From: Lepidodermella squamata | Lineage: Eukaryota; Animalia; Gastrotricha | Length of the DNA stretch: 64,000 nt | Direction: 5' to 3' | Assembly (NCBI GenBank): GCA_047495785.1 | Contig: JBLDXI010000028.1 | Coordinates: forward strand, 1,860,001-1,924,000 | Shown here: piece by piece, positions 60,328 through 64,000 of the stretch | Numbering within the stretch: position 1 is the first letter of the stretch | How the letters are laid out: each line of letters starts with the position of its first letter | Position numbers and translations under genes: made by a program | Notes under the pieces: generated by a model | The model's database searches: none | Seen by the model: only the letters and a program-made list of their open reading frames with translations | Told to the model about the DNA's origin: nothing

Positions 60328-63300
60328 ATGGCTGATTCAAAACCGAAGACTGTCCGGAGTTCGATCGCCGAGGTAATTTTCGACAACCCTCAGCAAATGA
60401 AATTTAGCGCTCATTATTCAGGCTTTAAGCTGTGCCGTATGCTTGGAACTGAGCTCTGAAGCTAAAATGCTGAATGAATGCGGTCATTCGATTTGTTCCG
60501 CATGTCTTACAAAGCTGATTGACGATAAGAAAAGATCTGTGAAGTGCCCTGAATGCAGATCCGAGACTGTTTTGCCAAAAAGTGGACTCGCAGCCCTACG
60601 CACAAATTTCGCCGTCAAACGGGCAATCGAAGCTCTGCGTAGTAATGAAACAACCGCTGCGAGGACGGCGAAATTGGGCGAATGTTGCAACCATTTGGCG
60701 TTTGCTCAAAAAGACGCTATCACGCAATGCAAGCACTGCGGAGGGAACTTCTGCTCAATGTGCTACCGGTTTCATTTGGAAAGGATAAGGCTCGAGGCCA
60801 GATATGCCAGTTATAATGTGAGCTTTTCCGTTGATTGATATTCTAGAGGCCATTGACCTGAAAAATCTGTTATTTCAGCTTCGAGAAATGTATGATTCAT
60901 CAATTTCCCGCATGAACGATCAGTATGAAGAAATTCGTTCAAAAATTGAAAAGGAAGCTAACGAAATCTACGAGAAAATTGATGCGAGTTGCAAGGCGCT
61001 GATTGGCGCACTTGAAAAAGCTGTGATGGAGCGGGCTTTGCAGCTTAAGACGAAAACTGGAGAGCTAAAAAAGACTCAACTTGAACATCTGGAGAAAGTA
61101 ATTTCAAACAAGCAGCTTGATGGATTGGAAGAAACTGAAAAGTTGGCCACGGAGTGCATTGATCAGTCGCTGTTATACGTCTCCGACAGCAGCGTCTTGA
61201 AATTTTATGAACTATCGAAAGCGACACGCCGCAAGGTATCTGCAACTTTATGTTTTGTATTTCTATTTGGGCTTGAGTTGGAGAGAAAAGTAGAGCAAAG
61301 GAAAAGTATTTATGATTTTTATGATAAACTCAAGCTTTCGTCTTGCCGATATAGCCCACCGCTAAAATGAGCAAGTTTTACGATATTTTTTGTCGTTGCA
61401 AACGTCTGGCGAAAAAATATAAATAGGAGTATGTTGGTGTCCTTTTTGTCAAGTAACAGAGAGCTTCGTAGCTGATGTGGGATATAAGGCCGTCGAGGAT
61501 CAGCGTGCGACGTGGGTTTAGCGCTTCGAGTCAAGCCATTCAAATATCGCGACTTGCGCGCCAGAACAGTGTGGCGGAAATAAAAATATGTGGCGTTCTG
61601 TCCAACAAGTGGTTTCGATCTTACCATTAAATATTGCTTTCAACGCTCGAAATATGCGCCGATAGCAAGGCTCCTTCTTGGACGTCTTACGGACGAATAT
61701 TTTCGGAATCACATTTTCCCCACCCTGCCACAATGTGTATCGTAAATAGTTGAAGGAAGATCGCGGAACAATCGAAATCATTGGAAAAAGGATGTAAGAA
61801 AGATAGTTTTGAATAATTCGTCCCATTCGGAATAATTCGTCGTGAAATAATGTGTCAATCGGCGCTTCGACCTGTCGCCCGCGCCATTTCGGGCAGAATT
61901 ATTGCCACGGCATTCCAGCGCCGAATCTTATGCGAACTTTCAGTTTATTTCTATCTCACTTGCTCATTTCCAAGCAGACAACTCGCGAGCACAGAGGTGA
62001 TTTGCCTTTCTTGTTTTTCAACTGGCTGGAGAAGTTCGGCTTTGCTTTGAAATCGATGAAATCCTGGAAGCCGATGTTGAGAGCCAGCGGGCAGATAAGC
62101 CGCCAAATCAGACGATTGCCGGTTCCCTTGAAGATCTTACCAGGCGTTAGAAATATGCCATTAGCTGGAGCGGTAGCCTTAACAGTAATCGCACCTCGCC
62201 CAGACGAGCAAGCCTTGTGTAGTGACCTTCTTCATGAAAACCCAAGGAAAATTTTATTTTAGGTAAAAGAGACACAGTGTAAAATGAAACAAAAACTTAC
62301 CCTTTTCTTCGTGTTCAGTCGAAGGCCGCTTTGCGGTAGATTCGCATTGGATCTGTTTCTTATCAAAATTTACGAGTTGCAACGCTGAAGATACCAGGTC
62401 GAAATAGTGCCGTATAGCTGAACAGTTGAACGCCTTTGCTCGATTTCACGGCAGATTTTGGGCCAGTCTTCATAATCGATGATAACAAATGTCTCCTTCG
62501 CCTTGGGCGGCGGTTTTCGCCCTAGTAACATCGGAATTCCCTTGTTAGCTGGACGAAGTTTCGACGAAGTTATGAGAAAAATGGCTCTCATGATGAATAA
62601 AGCCGCGATTTTACGATTGTTGAGAAAAGGGTGTAGAAAATTGAGACGCCCACCTACACAGTTTTCTTGTTAGGCACACCCACCGGGCAGAACTGATATA
62701 CCAGCTGCGAAGTATCATTTTCAACTCATTTTCAACATTCGGGAATTATGGGGGCGTTTTCAGTCAGGTCATAGACGACTTTTATTGACTTATCCTTCTT
62801 CGCGCCATTACTGTCAGCAGAGAACATAAGAACTGTGTTACGTGAATGGAAAATGTGGAGCTAGAAATCATACCAATTCCCGTTTTTTCTTCGAAACAAC
62901 AGATTAAAAGCGTCTGCGTTCTCAAAATCCGTGCCCAAACGGCGATTGTTTAGGGCGTTGCCATTCATACAATTAGCCAAGTAGTTAATGTAAATTAATG
63001 TAAAAATCAGATTATAGTAAAACAACCATTCAATTAATCATTGCTGCTTTATAATTTCTATTTGTTTCCCAAATACTAGTGCCATGAACAGTTGCAATAT
63101 GAACACGGGGAATCGGAATATTCGAAAATCGAATTTTCATGGTTCGAAAATGATCTGCTCGGCAAATTTTCGGACACGCTGACTAAATTTTCTGCCGTCG
63201 GTTTCAAGCAGCCTGTGACCGAGTGCATAACCTATTTGAAGGTAAAAAATTGATATTCCATCGTGAAATGGCATTTGGTTACTAATATATTAGAACATTG

Positions 63301-64000
63301 AGTACCACGAGGTGCATGACGCTGCTCGTACTGGTGATTTCACCGCGCTCAAACGGCTATTCGATCAGATTCCGAAATGCTGTGAACCCTTGTTAATCGA
63401 ACATCGGGATCCTCGTGACTTCAATAGAACACTGTTGCTTCAAGCAGCTGCTGTTGGTTCCATTGAAATGACAAATTATCTACTGCAAAAACCTGGAATT
63501 GACTACCGAGTAATTGACGCTGCTGGTAGAACTGCTGCTCACATGGCTTCGCAGAATGGTCACAAAGAAGTACTGAAAATGTTGCTAACAAAGGAACCTA
63601 AATTAAAATCATTGCGGGACAACGAAGGGTTCAATTTGCTTCATCAGGCTTGTTTCGGAGGTCGCCTTGATGTCGTCAAATTCCTGGTGGAGGATGAGAA
63701 ATTCGACCTTGAAGCGACTGTTGGAACAAACGACAATACCGCTGCTTTTATAGCAGCTTTTCGGGGAGTCCTCGATGTTGTCAGTTATTTATTCGAACGA
63801 GGAGCAAATTTCGCTCACCGGTCTAAAGATGGAACACTACCCGTAATGCGCGCTGCTGCAAACAATAAATTGGACGTGGTTCAGCTGCTCGTTATGAAGA
63901 AACCTGAATATTTGAACCAGGTTGATTCAAACGGAGCGTCACTTCTCAATTACGCTGTCTTGAGCGGTCGTATCGATGTTGTGAGGTAAGCAAGTTTATA
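60328..64000 (+). CDS. RING / B-box-like / coiled-coil / ankyrin protein, copy F (type I; runs off window end)
   Basis: Exon 1 MADSKPKTVRSSIAE, RING exon from 60422, coiled-coil exon to 61235, linker exon 63080-63241, ankyrin exon ~63294-63985, then a GTAAG donor. Confidence 0.82.
61270..63053. mobile_element. ~1.8 kb unclassified insertion in intron 3 of copy F
   Basis: Flanked by the 11-bp direct repeat ATTTCTATTTG (61259-61269, 63054-63064). Removing it restores a 49-nt intron like those of paralogs C and D. Confidence 0.6.

Noticed and set aside
61852-62673. ORFs within the copy F intron as an intact nested gene
   Set aside because: The frames are interrupted by stops and no coherent domain could be supported.

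Overview
This is eukaryotic (invertebrate animal) genomic DNA from a very compact genome, with most introns about 45-60 nt. A motile-cilia gene (CFAP161) argues against a nematode, but the taxon cannot be fixed from sequence alone. The left part (1-33 kb) holds conserved genes: a Sushi/CCP membrane protein (partial), an ADAMTS-like/THSD4-type gene with an intronic tRNA-Val, CFAP161, GLMP, UBAP2/lingerer, a mitochondrial-clan P450, KIDINS220, EBAG9, TRIP4 and an unknown myristoylated coiled-coil gene. The right part (34-64 kb) is an expanded accessory region: three intronless divergent Cys-loop channel subunits, a WD40 gene, and a tandem array of six genes plus one relic with the unusual architecture RING / B-box-like / coiled-coil / ankyrin repeats ('TRIM-ankyrin'). 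The array shows repeat-number variation, mosaic similarity and birth-and-death turnover. All genes from 18.4 kb to the window end are co-oriented, several with ~110-135 bp spacers containing a polyA signal followed by an unpaired splice acceptor, which suggests operons resolved by SL trans-splicing. Also present are two MITEs with clear TIRs/TSDs, decayed LINE-like remnants, a 1.8 kb intronic insertion, and an antisense, loop-deleted copy of the intronic tRNA. Exon boundaries were read by eye and no database searches were run.
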